From positions 28,519 through 92,518 of the forward strand of contig WTKD01000014.1 in the NCBI GenBank assembly GCA_011524535.1: a stretch of 64,000 nt of DNA, read 5' to 3'. Shown here one piece after another: positions 49,844 to 60,074 of the stretch; within the stretch, counting starts at the first letter, position 1, and every line of letters starts with the position of its first letter. The notes below the pieces were generated by a model. That model saw only the letters and a list, made by a program, of their open reading frames with translations, had not been told where the DNA came from and did not search any database. A program made the position numbers and the translations under genes. The stretch is from Spirochaetaceae bacterium. GTDB taxonomy: Bacteria; Spirochaetota; Spirochaetia; WTKD01.

Positions 49844-51328
49844 ATGTCCATTGTTCTTGGAATCGATTGTAGTACACAGAGTCTCACCTCAACTACAATC
49901 GATCTAACATCTAAAGTTTCTTATAATCATTCGGTTTCCTATGTAGCCGACCCTCGGCTACAAGGATTCGGCATTGTTCCTTCTACGGTCTTGGTTCCTC
50001 CTCGCGTATACGGAGAAGCCGATCAGCCCCCTCTACTTTTTTTAAAAGCCCTTGACTGTCTATTTGAAGACCTAGAAGGCGATGCTCGTGTCGACCTTTC
50101 CGAGCTACTCTGTATCAATATATCTGCTCAACAACATGGGCAGGTCTATCTCTCCACTACTGACACTTTTGGCATGTTACAAAGAACATCAGAAAAAGGA
50201 CTCTGTGAACTGTTTGCTGATAGTTTTTCTTATCAACTTGCACCTACGTGGATGACTAGCAACACTTCTTCCCAATATGAGGAATTTATCGCTTCTTATC
50301 CTGGGAATATACGCGATACGATCGGTTCTGACCTTGCTCTTCGATTTAGCGGTCTCGTTATAAAAAGAATTTTTCAGACATTTCCAAAAGTTTACGAATG
50401 CACACAGCGCATCCATCTTATCAGTAGCTTCCTCTCCAGTATCCTATCAGGAAGAGATGGACCCATCGATATAGGGAACGGAGCGGGGACAGGACTCATG
50501 CATTTCAAAAAACGCATATGGGACATGAATTTATTAGACGCCTGCATAGATCGCACGACGTTAGGACAAAAATTACCTCCCCTTGCTCCTCCACACGAGC
50601 CTCTCGGACCATTAGCTCCATATTTTACAGAGAAATACGGAGTAAACCCTAGATGTACCGTGCTGGTTGGCAGCGGAGATAATTGTCAAACAAAATCATG
50701 CATAGATGGCACCCTACTTAGTCTTGGTTCAAGCTTTGTAGTCATGAGCGATTTGCCCATTACCAGTAATTTGCTTGACACAGAGGGTTTAATGACGATG
50801 TACGATGGATTAGGAAAGTCTTACAGCATGGTATGTAAAACCAATGGGGCCCTCGTTTGGGATATGGTCAGAGGGGAACATTCCTACGAAGAAGCTGAAA
50901 CGGAACTTCAAAGAAAACGTTTCTCTTCTCCAGAGCCAATCATATGTCATCCTGTACGGGAAACATTTCCGAAGGGTGATCATGTCCATACATCGGTTCC
51001 GGAGGATTTTTCTCTCTACGCAAACGTTGTAGAAAGTTCTATAGCCGAGTTGGCGAAACATTGGAACATTGTATATCCACAGCCTGAGGCTCTGTATGTC
51101 ACCGGAGGCCCTTCACATTCACATGAGATACTATTTCGCATAAGTGCCTTGTGGAATTGTCCAGTTTTTCCCGTAAGCAATGCAGGCGCTTCCTATGGAG
51201 CCGCATACGTGGCTGCCGGTACTGTAGACACTACGTCCACTTCGCATATACCACAACAAAATTTGCAACGTATCGAAGCTTCTACTGAGTTACGGACTTC
51301 TGCGCAGCATTTTCTGAAAAAATTATAG
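49844..51328 (+). CDS. xylB: FGGY-family carbohydrate kinase, probable xylulokinase
   Basis: N-terminal GIDCSTQS in the FGGY fold, immediately downstream of xylA. Confidence 0.7.
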   Translation: MSIVLGIDCSTQSLTSTTIDLTSKVSYNHSVSYVADPRLQGFGIVPSTVLVPPRVYGEADQPPLLFLKALDCLFEDLEGDARVDLSELLCINISAQQHGQVYLSTTDTFGMLQRTSEKGLCELFADSFSYQLAPTWMTSNTSSQYEEFIASYPGNIRDTIGSDLALRFSGLVIKRIFQTFPKVYECTQRIHLISSFLSSILSGRDGPIDIGNGAGTGLMHFKKRIWDMNLLDACIDRTTLGQKLPPLAPPHEPLGPLAPYFTEKYGVNPRCTVLVGSGDNCQTKSCIDGTLLSLGSSFVVMSDLPITSNLLDTEGLMTMYDGLGKSYSMVCKTNGALVWDMVRGEHSYEEAETELQRKRFSSPEPIICHPVRETFPKGDHVHTSVPEDFSLYANVVESSIAELAKHWNIVYPQPEALYVTGGPSHSHEILFRISALWNCPVFPVSNAGASYGAAYVAAGTVDTTSTSHIPQQNLQRIEASTELRTSAQHFLKKL

Positions 51329-51391
51329 CCTTCTACATTCTGGCCTATATGGTAAATCGAGGAGGTGGCGCGGATGATATGTATGTAAAGC

Positions 51392-52372
51392 TTATTCAGG
51401 AATATGCTCTAGAATATAGGACATATACGTTATACCATCCATTCCATCTCCAAGACCAACATCAATGTGAACCGTAATCTGCTTGGCTGCCCCCTCATAT
51501 TTTTGTTCTTTTTTGGAAAAAATCATGCCAGAAAGCACCTTAATTTGTTCAATGCCTTTAGCTTTTGCAGTAACCATCTCCGCATCTAAGAAATCAATTG
51601 TTTTCGTGAGCTGCTCTTCATTCTTATTTGTTGCGATTATATTGCACACAACGATGCTCCCTCCCAATTTCATTTGTTTGTATGCTCGTTTATATTCGGG
51701 ATGTGTCGTCAAATGCGGGTAGCGAACGGCAGCAATTCGTGGATGATCTTGTAAAAATCTGGCCAGTCGCAGAGCATTATTACTCCTTTGTTCTGCCTCT
51801 AATCCATGGATTTCCCATTCGCGACTCAATTCCCGGGTGTTTATAGAAGATATATCAAGATTTAATGCTTTTACAAAAGGATTAACAGTATCGATATATT
51901 CTCCATAAGACAATATGACTCCGGCTTTTAATGCGCGACTTCCAACACTACACACAGTTGCATCCACTCCATGCAAAGAAGGATCCAGAAGATGCATACC
52001 CACTTGATAATTATTAACAATTACCAACAGGTTATGGCGACGAGCAATGCGAACGATTCCCTCAATATCCAATATTCTTAAGGAATACGTTGTCGGAGTT
52101 GCAAAAAACAGCAAGCGTGTATTCTCTTTGATGAAAGATTCCCATGCGATACTGTCTGCATTAGGGGACACCGAGTTAGTCTCGATGCCCCAGGATGACA
52201 ACACAGATTCAAACAGATACGTTGTAGAATTCATCACATCACTACAATATACGACGTGATCTCCAGATTTCAAGCAAGGGAGAATCGCACAGGCAACTGC
52301 ATTTTCAACCGATGAAGTCAAGATTCCTTTCTCATATGCAGAGACGGCTAATATTCTTTCGAGTAAACTCAT
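51392..52372 (-). CDS. Cys/Met-metabolism PLP-dependent enzyme homolog (CGS/CBL-like), N-terminally truncated, with the catalytic Lys not conserved; possible pseudoenzyme or gene remnant
   Basis: It aligns by eye to MetB from about residue 75 onward. The SxTK Lys motif is replaced by SVGSRALK, and an in-frame stop lies 9 codons upstream of the ATG. Confidence 0.5.
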   Translation of the reverse strand: MSLLERILAVSAYEKGILTSSVENAVACAILPCLKSGDHVVYCSDVMNSTTYLFESVLSSWGIETNSVSPNADSIAWESFIKENTRLLFFATPTTYSLRILDIEGIVRIARRHNLLVIVNNYQVGMHLLDPSLHGVDATVCSVGSRALKAGVILSYGEYIDTVNPFVKALNLDISSINTRELSREWEIHGLEAEQRSNNALRLARFLQDHPRIAAVRYPHLTTHPEYKRAYKQMKLGGSIVVCNIIATNKNEEQLTKTIDFLDAEMVTAKAKGIEQIKVLSGMIFSKKEQKYEGAAKQITVHIDVGLGDGMDGITYMSYILEHIPE

Positions 52373-52607
52373 GTATCTAGTACTTCTTATATTATTCTAC
52401 CATTCTCTATGGGTGAATTATTTGCTTTGTGTATAAAGTAGATTCATTCTTGTATCTTATAAATGGTGTACAAAACTTTGATGTAAATCACTTGAATCGC
52501 CACGTATCAAAATCTTGCATGATTTTCTGCAATCTTCACGATGTTCTACTTCGAGCAGCCCATGTGCGCATGACTTGAGTAATCGATAAGCAGCCTATCA
52601 CTTAGTA

Positions 52608-53351
52608 CTACGTAATATCGCCTAGGTATAGGTTTCGGGCAACCTCATTGTACATCAGTTCCTCTCTGCTACCGGAAACAACAATATTCCCTTCATGAAT
52701 TATAAAACAACGATCTGTAATATCCATAGTATCACGCTCGTTGTGGTCTGTGATGAGCACCCCTATACCTTTCCGACTAAGATCCACAATAATTTTCTTT
52801 ATTTCCGCTCTTGCTCGGGGATCGATACCCGTAAATGGCTCATCCAACAACAAAAATACCGGATTAGTCGCCATAGCCCGTGCTATTTCCGTCCTTCGCC
52901 GTTCCCCTCCAGATAATGTATACGCGCGTTGTTTCCGTTTTTCAAAAATGCCAAGTTCTTTCAATAATGATTGTTTAAGAAATAGTTTTTCCTCTTGAGG
53001 AATATCTTTTCGCCCTTCGAGGACAGCCCAAATATTTTGTTCCACTGTAAGTTTGCGAAAGACCGATGGCTCTTGTGGAAGATATGAAAGACCCGACTGA
53101 GCTCGTCGATACATAGGCATATTGGTTACTTCGATACCATTGAGATAAATGTCTCCCACATCTGGTCTAACGAATCCAACTACCATATAAAACAATGTCG
53201 TTTTCCCAGCTCCATTCGGCCCCAGCAACCCCACCACTTCTCCCGTGCACATAGAAAAACTCACTCCCTTAACCGCATGTTTTTTTCCAAACCGCTTATG
53301 GACTTTTCCAACTCTCAAGATACTTTTATTACGAGTGCTAATTTTGTCCAT
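52608..53351 (-). CDS. lptB: LPS export ABC transporter ATP-binding protein
   Basis: Walker A GPNGAGKTT, signature LSGGE and Walker B LLLDEP at 247 aa. Confidence 0.85.
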   Translation of the reverse strand: MDKISTRNKSILRVGKVHKRFGKKHAVKGVSFSMCTGEVVGLLGPNGAGKTTLFYMVVGFVRPDVGDIYLNGIEVTNMPMYRRAQSGLSYLPQEPSVFRKLTVEQNIWAVLEGRKDIPQEEKLFLKQSLLKELGIFEKRKQRAYTLSGGERRRTEIARAMATNPVFLLLDEPFTGIDPRARAEIKKIIVDLSRKGIGVLITDHNERDTMDITDRCFIIHEGNIVVSGSREELMYNEVARNLYLGDIT

Positions 53352-53384
53352 ATATTTTCTTTACGTATGCTTTAATGAATTCCT

Positions 53385-54092
53385 TCATTCATCGTTTGTC
53401 ACAATTGCACCGCTCACGCGTCCAATCAATTCAACTTCTTCTGTCTCAAGGTTTATATTCATTGTTTGCGCCTGATACTTGTCTTCCCCCCAAGTCACTG
53501 ATGGGTATCCCTCCAGCCGTAACTTTTCACTCTCGCGTTGGTACACAACCAGCTCAGATCGAACAAAAAGGTCATCTTGCACGACACGAACCCCTATTTT
53601 GAATACCACCCTGTTCGACTGATCTAATATCTCGATACTCTGTGCGCGTGCAACAAGATTGTTTTTTTTATCATCCAAAAAAACTCCGCCGCTGGCAATC
53701 GCCTCTTCGGTAACACGATCAAAAAAAAGCTCTCGAGATTCGAGTTGTATTTCGTTTTCTTCATCTATAAAAAGGACATCACCAATAGACCGAACAAATC
53801 GAAAATCTTCACCATATAATTCAATTTCATCTGCGCTCAGCGTTATAGATTGCGTCTTTATAGCAGCATTCCCTCGAAGTAAGGTATACTCACGTCCTTC
53901 TTTGAGGTTTACCGATGTTTGATCCCCTGAAAACTCGAAACTGTCTCGGCTGTCTCCTTCATCCACATTATCTCCGGTGGAGAGTTCTTCATTATTTTCG
54001 ACGTCTTGATTAATGGACGCTTCTTGCGCAATCAAACGTGGTAAAAAAGAAACGATCAAAAAACATATCAAAAGCGTTTTATTCTTCTTCAT
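53385..54092 (-). CDS. lptA: LptA/OstA-N-like periplasmic protein (signal peptide MKKNKTLLICFL...)
   Basis: OstA-like beta-jellyroll sequence between lptC-like and lptB. The start was refined to Met-36 of the ORF. Confidence 0.6.
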   Translation of the reverse strand: MKKNKTLLICFLIVSFLPRLIAQEASINQDVENNEELSTGDNVDEGDSRDSFEFSGDQTSVNLKEGREYTLLRGNAAIKTQSITLSADEIELYGEDFRFVRSIGDVLFIDEENEIQLESRELFFDRVTEEAIASGGVFLDDKKNNLVARAQSIEILDQSNRVVFKIGVRVVQDDLFVRSELVVYQRESEKLRLEGYPSVTWGEDKYQAQTMNINLETEEVELIGRVSGAIVTNDE

Positions 54093-54717
54093 TATCTTCG
54101 ATGTCCAGCTGCTCTTCCTCAGTATTTTCGATGTCTGACTGTTCTTCTTCGTTCTTACTGGTGTATAACAACCCTTTTGCCCTGTCTTTGAATTCAACTA
54201 GCTGTGTATTTGCATTGATACTAAGATTTTTTCCCGTCATAGAAGATCCAGCATCCGTGGTAATAAGTACATCTTCAGGAGAACTGCTTTCGAGTAATTT
54301 TTCTTCGTCGTTCCATTGAAATGAATCCCCTTCTAGAGTGGTTTCTTCTTTTTCCGAACGCAAATATATATTACCAGACATAGACATATTGTTGGTTTCA
54401 AGATCGAGTTCTACAAAGTCTGCCTCCACTATAAGCACCAACGCATCGCCTTCGTATTGCTCGATTCGAAGCTCTTTTACTTCTTGTCTCCCTGGATCTG
54501 AGAAATATGAAGCTTCTGCAAATTTCGATATCCTGAGTTCATCAGAAACATCATATGAAACACCATTATACAGGACTATAGTCGGTACATCTACTTTCAG
54601 TTCTGTATCAATTTCGGTATTTTCTGCATCAGTCTCTCCCCCACAACTACCAAGGAAAACAACCATAGTAATCACAAAAAAGAGTCTATTTATTTTCATA
54701 ATAAAATTGTAATGCAT
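54079..54717 (-). CDS. lptC: LptC-like lipoprotein with an acidic decapeptide tandem repeat at the C-terminus
   Basis: Lipobox FLGSCGG and an LptC/OstA-like middle region. The C-terminal repeat EEEQSDIENT / EEEQLDIEDN is encoded by a 30-nt direct DNA repeat. Confidence 0.5.
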   Translation of the reverse strand: MHYNFIMKINRLFFVITMVVFLGSCGGETDAENTEIDTELKVDVPTIVLYNGVSYDVSDELRISKFAEASYFSDPGRQEVKELRIEQYEGDALVLIVEADFVELDLETNNMSMSGNIYLRSEKEETTLEGDSFQWNDEEKLLESSSPEDVLITTDAGSSMTGKNLSINANTQLVEFKDRAKGLLYTSKNEEEQSDIENTEEEQLDIEDNEEE

Positions 54718-56296
54718 GTTTTATAAATGAAACATATAGAGGATGAGGATCGAGAGGTTTTGATTTCAATTCTGGATGGAATTGCACGCCAACTCCCCAT
54801 GGATGATCTTTCCACTCAACCGCTTCAATAAATTCGTTTATCGAATCCTTCGCACTGAGTCGCAACCCATTACCCGCCAATTGATCTACATACCGTTGAG
54901 TAACTTCATATCTATGTCTATGTCTTTCAAAAATTTCCGATATTCCATATGCCCTGCCGATGACACTATCTTTCAGTAAATGAATTTTTGAACTCCCTAA
55001 GCGCATAGTACCACCCAATTCCTGCGCAGTATCTTGTTCTTCTAATAAACTAATAACGGGGTTATTTGTTTCTGGATGAAACTCACTACTTTGAGCATCT
55101 TTTAACCCTAGCACATTTCTTGAAAATTCGATTACCATCATCTGCATACCAAGACAAATCGAGAAAAACGGAATATTGTTCAACCGGGCATACTCGATTG
55201 GATAAATAAGCTCCAAAGCACCCCGGATACCAAATCCTCCCGGAACAATAACCCCAGAAACACCAGAAAATAATTCTGATAAATCCGTATCTTCATTAAT
55301 TTCCTCGGCATTTACTTTTCGAAGGTTCACACGAACCTTGTTTGAGATGCCGCCATGTTGCAATGCTTGATCGACAGACATATATGTGTCGCTTTGTTCG
55401 ATATATTTTCCAACAAACAGTATATCCAAGCTATCCTCGGCATTTTTGGTAACTTCGACTATATTTTTCCAGTCCTGCAACGCTACTATTTTTGTTGGCA
55501 ATCCAAGCCTACGCAACACAATGTGATCCAATTTTTGTTCATGCAAAATGAGTGGAATTTCATATATGTCCTCACAATCGTGGGCACTGATAACCGAATC
55601 TTCGCGTATACTCGTGAACAAAGATAATTTTTTTCTTTCTTCTAGCAATAGTTGGCTCGGGGATCGGCAGACTAAGGCATCCGGATATATCCCTGCAGCG
55701 CGTAAATCTCTCACCGAGTGCTGGGCAGGTTTTGTCTTTTTCTCATTGTTTGAAAGAACGGGCAAAAGCACCAAATGCAATGACAGAGAATCTTCCCGTG
55801 GGCGTTCGTACATGATCTGCCTTACCGCCTCAAGGAATGGCAAAGATTCAATATCCCCGACCGTTCCACCAAGCTCGATGATGGCAATGTCAGCCCCTGC
55901 GTTTTCAGCACATTCGTAGATTTTTCTTTTTATTTTGTTTGTGATGTGGGGAACGACTTGTACGGTTCGTCCCAAATATTGCCCTTCTCGTTCCGCTCGA
56001 ATAACTTCATTATAGACCTGTCCTGTAGTTATTGAATTTGCCCTCGATAACATCGATGAGGTAAATCGTGAATACGTACCAAGATCGAGATCGGTTTCGG
56101 CACCATCATCGGTTACATATACCTCTCCGTGCTGGTAGGGGCTCATCGTTCCAGGATCTACATTTATATAGGGATCCACTTTTATGAGACAAATCTTTTT
56201 CTTATGGTGTTCGAGTATACACCCCAAGCTCGCTGCGACCAAGCCCTTACCCAAAGAAGAACATACACCACCGGTAACGAACACATACTTTACCAT
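54686..56296 (-). CDS. pyrG: CTP synthase
   Basis: N-terminus MVKYVFVTGGVCSSLGKG with a C-terminal glutamine amidotransferase domain (GICLGMQ). Confidence 0.9.
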   Translation of the reverse strand: MVKYVFVTGGVCSSLGKGLVAASLGCILEHHKKKICLIKVDPYINVDPGTMSPYQHGEVYVTDDGAETDLDLGTYSRFTSSMLSRANSITTGQVYNEVIRAEREGQYLGRTVQVVPHITNKIKRKIYECAENAGADIAIIELGGTVGDIESLPFLEAVRQIMYERPREDSLSLHLVLLPVLSNNEKKTKPAQHSVRDLRAAGIYPDALVCRSPSQLLLEERKKLSLFTSIREDSVISAHDCEDIYEIPLILHEQKLDHIVLRRLGLPTKIVALQDWKNIVEVTKNAEDSLDILFVGKYIEQSDTYMSVDQALQHGGISNKVRVNLRKVNAEEINEDTDLSELFSGVSGVIVPGGFGIRGALELIYPIEYARLNNIPFFSICLGMQMMVIEFSRNVLGLKDAQSSEFHPETNNPVISLLEEQDTAQELGGTMRLGSSKIHLLKDSVIGRAYGISEIFERHRHRYEVTQRYVDQLAGNGLRLSAKDSINEFIEAVEWKDHPWGVGVQFHPELKSKPLDPHPLYVSFIKHALQFYYENK

Positions 56297-56357
56297 AATG
56301 TATTGTACATGTAGTCCCGTACATGGAGAATAGTGTTACACTAACAGAATCTATACT

Positions 56358-57032
56358 ATGATGGAGACTAACAACCAACTCAATATTGCTACCCTGGGGA
56401 CTATATCCTATGAAAAGGCCTGGGACATGCAGCAAGAACTCCATGCCTCAAGGATTCGTGACGAAATACCCGATACTTTACTCCTACTTGAACATACACC
56501 GGTCATAACACTGGGAACCCGTGGTTCAAATGACGATCTTCTCGTAGATACAGAAGAAATCACTCGCCGTGGAGTTTCTATTCACCGAGCAACTCGAGGG
56601 GGACAAGCCACCCTCCACAGTCCAGGCCAATTGGTCGGATATTTCATCTGCAATGTACGCAATATTGAAAGAAAAGTAAGAATGTTTGTCACTGCAATCG
56701 AGGATAGCCTCATTCAAACCTTAAAAAAATACAATGTTGATGGGCAATCTGTGCAAAACCATCCAGGAATTTGGATAAAAGATAAGAAAATAGCTTCCAT
56801 AGGGCTCTCAATCTCAAAAGCCACGACAATGCACGGGTTTGCCTTAAATTGTACCACCGATCTTGGTCTATTTTCACTCCTGAGCCCCTGCGGACTAGAG
56901 CCCTCACAAATGTGCAGCATAGAGAGTATTAGACCCTCAGGCACCGAGTGTTCGGTTGCGCATGTTATCGAATCATATATAACCCATGGCATACCATCAT
57001 TCGGGTATGCAGATACTGTCCAAACGACTTGA
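56358..57032 (+). CDS. lipB: Lipoyl(octanoyl) transferase
   Basis: The RGGQATLHSPGQLVGY motif is present. Confidence 0.8.
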   Translation: MMETNNQLNIATLGTISYEKAWDMQQELHASRIRDEIPDTLLLLEHTPVITLGTRGSNDDLLVDTEEITRRGVSIHRATRGGQATLHSPGQLVGYFICNVRNIERKVRMFVTAIEDSLIQTLKKYNVDGQSVQNHPGIWIKDKKIASIGLSISKATTMHGFALNCTTDLGLFSLLSPCGLEPSQMCSIESIRPSGTECSVAHVIESYITHGIPSFGYADTVQTT

Positions 57033-57104
57033 TCCTGCGTGATTAGCAATAAAGACAGAAAATCTATCATCGAGAGGATGTCTATGTTGCCTTTTATATG
57101 AATA

Positions 57105-57968
57105 TTACTGCTTTTTTTCTAGTTTTTCAGATGAAGAAATTTCTTCGGTGATGCTTGTCATCTCTAGCATAGCGCCTTTTTTGTCTGGTAGGATAACTGG
57201 AAACTCAAGATACTCAGCGTTAGTACATTTTCCATCCTCAACATCGATGTACACACCCTGTAATGCTATGTCTTGAAAGGCTGATTTATGGTAGCGGGGT
57301 ATTCCAGTCAGAAATTGTTGCACGTAGGATTGTGGTTCCATACCACCGATACCGGTTTGAGAACCACATAAGCCGCTATCGGTGATCGTTGCGGTTGTTT
57401 GCTGTAAAATTCTCAAATCATTTGTTAGGATGCGCTGCCCCGTACCAAAAAATGCCGTTATCTTCCCTTGAAAAGCATACATAACGGTTTGTTTCTCGGC
57501 AGTGGAATAAGAATGCATGTCTACAAATATCCCATCTACTGGATTTTTTAATGAATGTAGTATTCTATCGATCGTTGAAATAACATTACTCGTTATATTC
57601 CTATTTTGCCAAGCTTGTCCGAGCACATTTATACACAAATATTTTTTCCCATCTATTGAAAAAAACTTGAGCCCCCTCCCTGGCGATCGACGATCATAGT
57701 TTGCAGGACGTATCACGTGCGAGAATGAGTCAATATTTTCGACAAAATCCTTACGCGTATAGCAGGCATCTCCACCGGTGATAAGATTAATCCCCAATTT
57801 TCTCAAAAAAAGCGTATAACTTTTTCCAAGTCCAGCTCCGTTCACAGCTCCATCGCCGTTTGCTATAACATAAGAAATGTTTAAAGATGTTCGAATTTCT
57901 GGTAATCCATATCGAACAGCATGAACCCCGGCACTTCCAACAATTTCGCCAAGAAACAAAATACGCAT
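57105..57968 (-). CDS. YmdB-like (TIGR00282) metallophosphoesterase
   Basis: N-terminus MRILFLGEIVG and the GDGAVNG metal-binding region. Confidence 0.7.
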   Translation of the reverse strand: MRILFLGEIVGSAGVHAVRYGLPEIRTSLNISYVIANGDGAVNGAGLGKSYTLFLRKLGINLITGGDACYTRKDFVENIDSFSHVIRPANYDRRSPGRGLKFFSIDGKKYLCINVLGQAWQNRNITSNVISTIDRILHSLKNPVDGIFVDMHSYSTAEKQTVMYAFQGKITAFFGTGQRILTNDLRILQQTTATITDSGLCGSQTGIGGMEPQSYVQQFLTGIPRYHKSAFQDIALQGVYIDVEDGKCTNAEYLEFPVILPDKKGAMLEMTSITEEISSSEKLEKKQ

Positions 57969-58125
57969 TTGTTGCATATTACTGCAATGCATTTCTTCTG
58001 TATATCATTCGGCAGAGCCCAACGTATCATTCTTGTATCTGTGAACGCTACATCGCTCGCCTCCTGTTTCCGCAGATTGTCTTTTGCTTGTTTCCCAATT
58101 AGCAATACCGTAGACTAAAGTACTT

Positions 58126-58207
58126 GCCCGAGTGGTGGAATTGGTAGACACGCTAGGTTCAGGGTCTAGTGGCGAAAGCTGTGGAGGTTCGAATCCTCTC
58201 TCGGGCA
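58126..58207 (+). tRNA. tRNA-Leu, anticodon CAG (type II)
   Basis: Acceptor GCCCGAG/CTCGGGC, anticodon stem CTAGG/TCTAG with loop TTCAGGG, and T-loop TTCGAAT. Confidence 0.85.
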
Positions 58208-58343
58208 TACCCTCTCAAGCCACCTTAACACCCCACGAAAACATTTTCCTCCGTGCATCCTTTCTTCTTTAAAATTTGATTAAATAATAGAATAATATTG
58301 ACTATTAAAATTTATTTTAATATTATTTTATAGTGAGATTTTA

Positions 58344-60023
58344 ATGAAGATTCTTAATAAGCCTGGCATCGTACTATCTCCCTTTTTTTGGAAATATTTC
58401 CTAATAAGTACAATTTTTCTCTTGTTTCTAGTCTTCTTTCTCATGCAACAAACCTGCGGACTAATACAATCTTATACTTCCATTGCTGGAGAATATGTCC
58501 TATCTACCGTTGATGACACATTTTTCGCGGATGATTTGATAAAAAAACAGGAAGTATGCGCCCATTTAGGAATATCATATATAAAAAAAGCGAACTCCAA
58601 CGTAAAAATACCTTATACCGAGTACTTATCGGGAAGAATCGAGTATATCTCCGGAGAATATCTCATTCTCTTCGAGAATCCACCCTTTCTCCAAGAAGCT
58701 TGGAGAAAAAGTATAATAAATATAATTGTCATTGCGATTTTTTATGGGTTGACTATAGCCATCGGGATTATAATTGATAAGCGATTTATTATCCGTCCAT
58801 ACACTGCATTGCATGGAGACCTCAAAAAACACCTCTCCAACGATCCCATAACTCCCATTCCTATGCATCCTCAGAGGTTTACAGCTCAAATAGCTTCACA
58901 AATAAATGAATGTATCTATAAACAGCTTGTCGTACGGGAAAAATTTGATGTTTTTTTTCTGCAATTACAAAAATATGTGACCAACTTAAGAAAAAAATCT
59001 CTGTCTTCGTTGGAATCCTCAAAAACTTTTCACACAGAAACAATCCTTCCTGAATTTTCCGAACTTCGATCATGTCTCAGAAGTCTTGGAGAAATGCACG
59101 CCATAATTGTGCAATCCAATCAACTGATTGAATTAATATTCAGAACGTCGAAGATATCTAGGTCTGTAAGAAAACAATTTGATGAATATCTGAAAAAAGC
59201 ACATAATTCTATGTCAACGTTGCAAGAAAATAAGAAACATATCTCAAAAGCGATGCAACGGTTATCTGATTCAAATACTACTTACCTGGGAAAACTACAA
59301 ACAGTGACATTAGAAACTTCAGATTTAGTCACATCTTTTACTCATCATCGCAGCAAAATAGCAAAGATAAAAGAAATGTCAAATAAAGCCCGTTTATTAT
59401 CTATAAACGTTTCGATCGAGTTATCTCGAGATACTCCTAATGTAGAATCTCTTTCTTACACGTTAAACGAGATGCAGGCAAACATGAGAGAAGTGAGCCT
59501 CCAATCACAGCACATGAATATCGAAATGGAATCCCAGCGGATTTTATTAGAGAAAATACATACAATGTGTAGTGATTCAAAACTGAAAAATAATAAAGAC
59601 TCAGAAAATCTTGAAGGGTTTAGTAAATCAGAAGCGAAATATCAAAAACTAATAGATGATTTTGTGTTAACATTCAAATATCTCCAAAGCACTCTAGATG
59701 ATCTCCTCCAACTAGACAAAAATTTGGAACATACCGATACCGAATTGTCCGCCCACCAGGCAAATATGTCCTCACAGTACAAAACATTGAATACATCACT
59801 CGGACTGCTGGAAGATAGAGTCAGTGTATCGTTAAAAGAATCTAAAGAACAAACCAATTCACTCGAAGAAAGCTCTCGAACATTGATGTCTTTGCAGAAT
59901 GATATGAGAACGATGAATGACTTCCTGGGATTCTCCGATGAAGTAAAGGAAACACAACAACCTATTCCAAAAAAAAGCAAAAACAAGTCATCCCAGGCCA
60001 GTGCTCAAAAACACCCAACCTAG
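58344..60023 (+). CDS. Membrane protein with a degenerate methyl-accepting-chemotaxis-like coiled-coil signalling domain
   Basis: Two N-terminal TM segments. The segment ARLLSINVSIELSR...EMQANMREVSLQS resembles the MCP hairpin core ([11 protein letters not shown]...EVRKLAERS), but the Gly-rich tip is replaced. Confidence 0.45.
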   Translation: MKILNKPGIVLSPFFWKYFLISTIFLLFLVFFLMQQTCGLIQSYTSIAGEYVLSTVDDTFFADDLIKKQEVCAHLGISYIKKANSNVKIPYTEYLSGRIEYISGEYLILFENPPFLQEAWRKSIINIIVIAIFYGLTIAIGIIIDKRFIIRPYTALHGDLKKHLSNDPITPIPMHPQRFTAQIASQINECIYKQLVVREKFDVFFLQLQKYVTNLRKKSLSSLESSKTFHTETILPEFSELRSCLRSLGEMHAIIVQSNQLIELIFRTSKISRSVRKQFDEYLKKAHNSMSTLQENKKHISKAMQRLSDSNTTYLGKLQTVTLETSDLVTSFTHHRSKIAKIKEMSNKARLLSINVSIELSRDTPNVESLSYTLNEMQANMREVSLQSQHMNIEMESQRILLEKIHTMCSDSKLKNNKDSENLEGFSKSEAKYQKLIDDFVLTFKYLQSTLDDLLQLDKNLEHTDTELSAHQANMSSQYKTLNTSLGLLEDRVSVSLKESKEQTNSLEESSRTLMSLQNDMRTMNDFLGFSDEVKETQQPIPKKSKNKSSQASAQKHPT

Positions 60024-60074
60024 ATATTCTTTGAGCCTTATTCAGAATGCCATAAACATATATGTCTCTGACAA

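Noticed and set aside
54079-54197. A 119-nt overlap between the lptA-like and lptC-like ORFs.
   Set aside because: It is an artefact of taking the longest ORF. Starting lptA-like at the internal Met that opens a signal peptide (MKKNKTLLICFL) reduces the overlap to about 14 nt.
58005-58208. A 67-aa minus-strand ORF.
   Set aside because: It is the antisense reading of tRNA-Leu(CAG). Likewise 33214..33402 overlaps tRNA-Pro and 4481..4681 overlaps tRNA-Arg.
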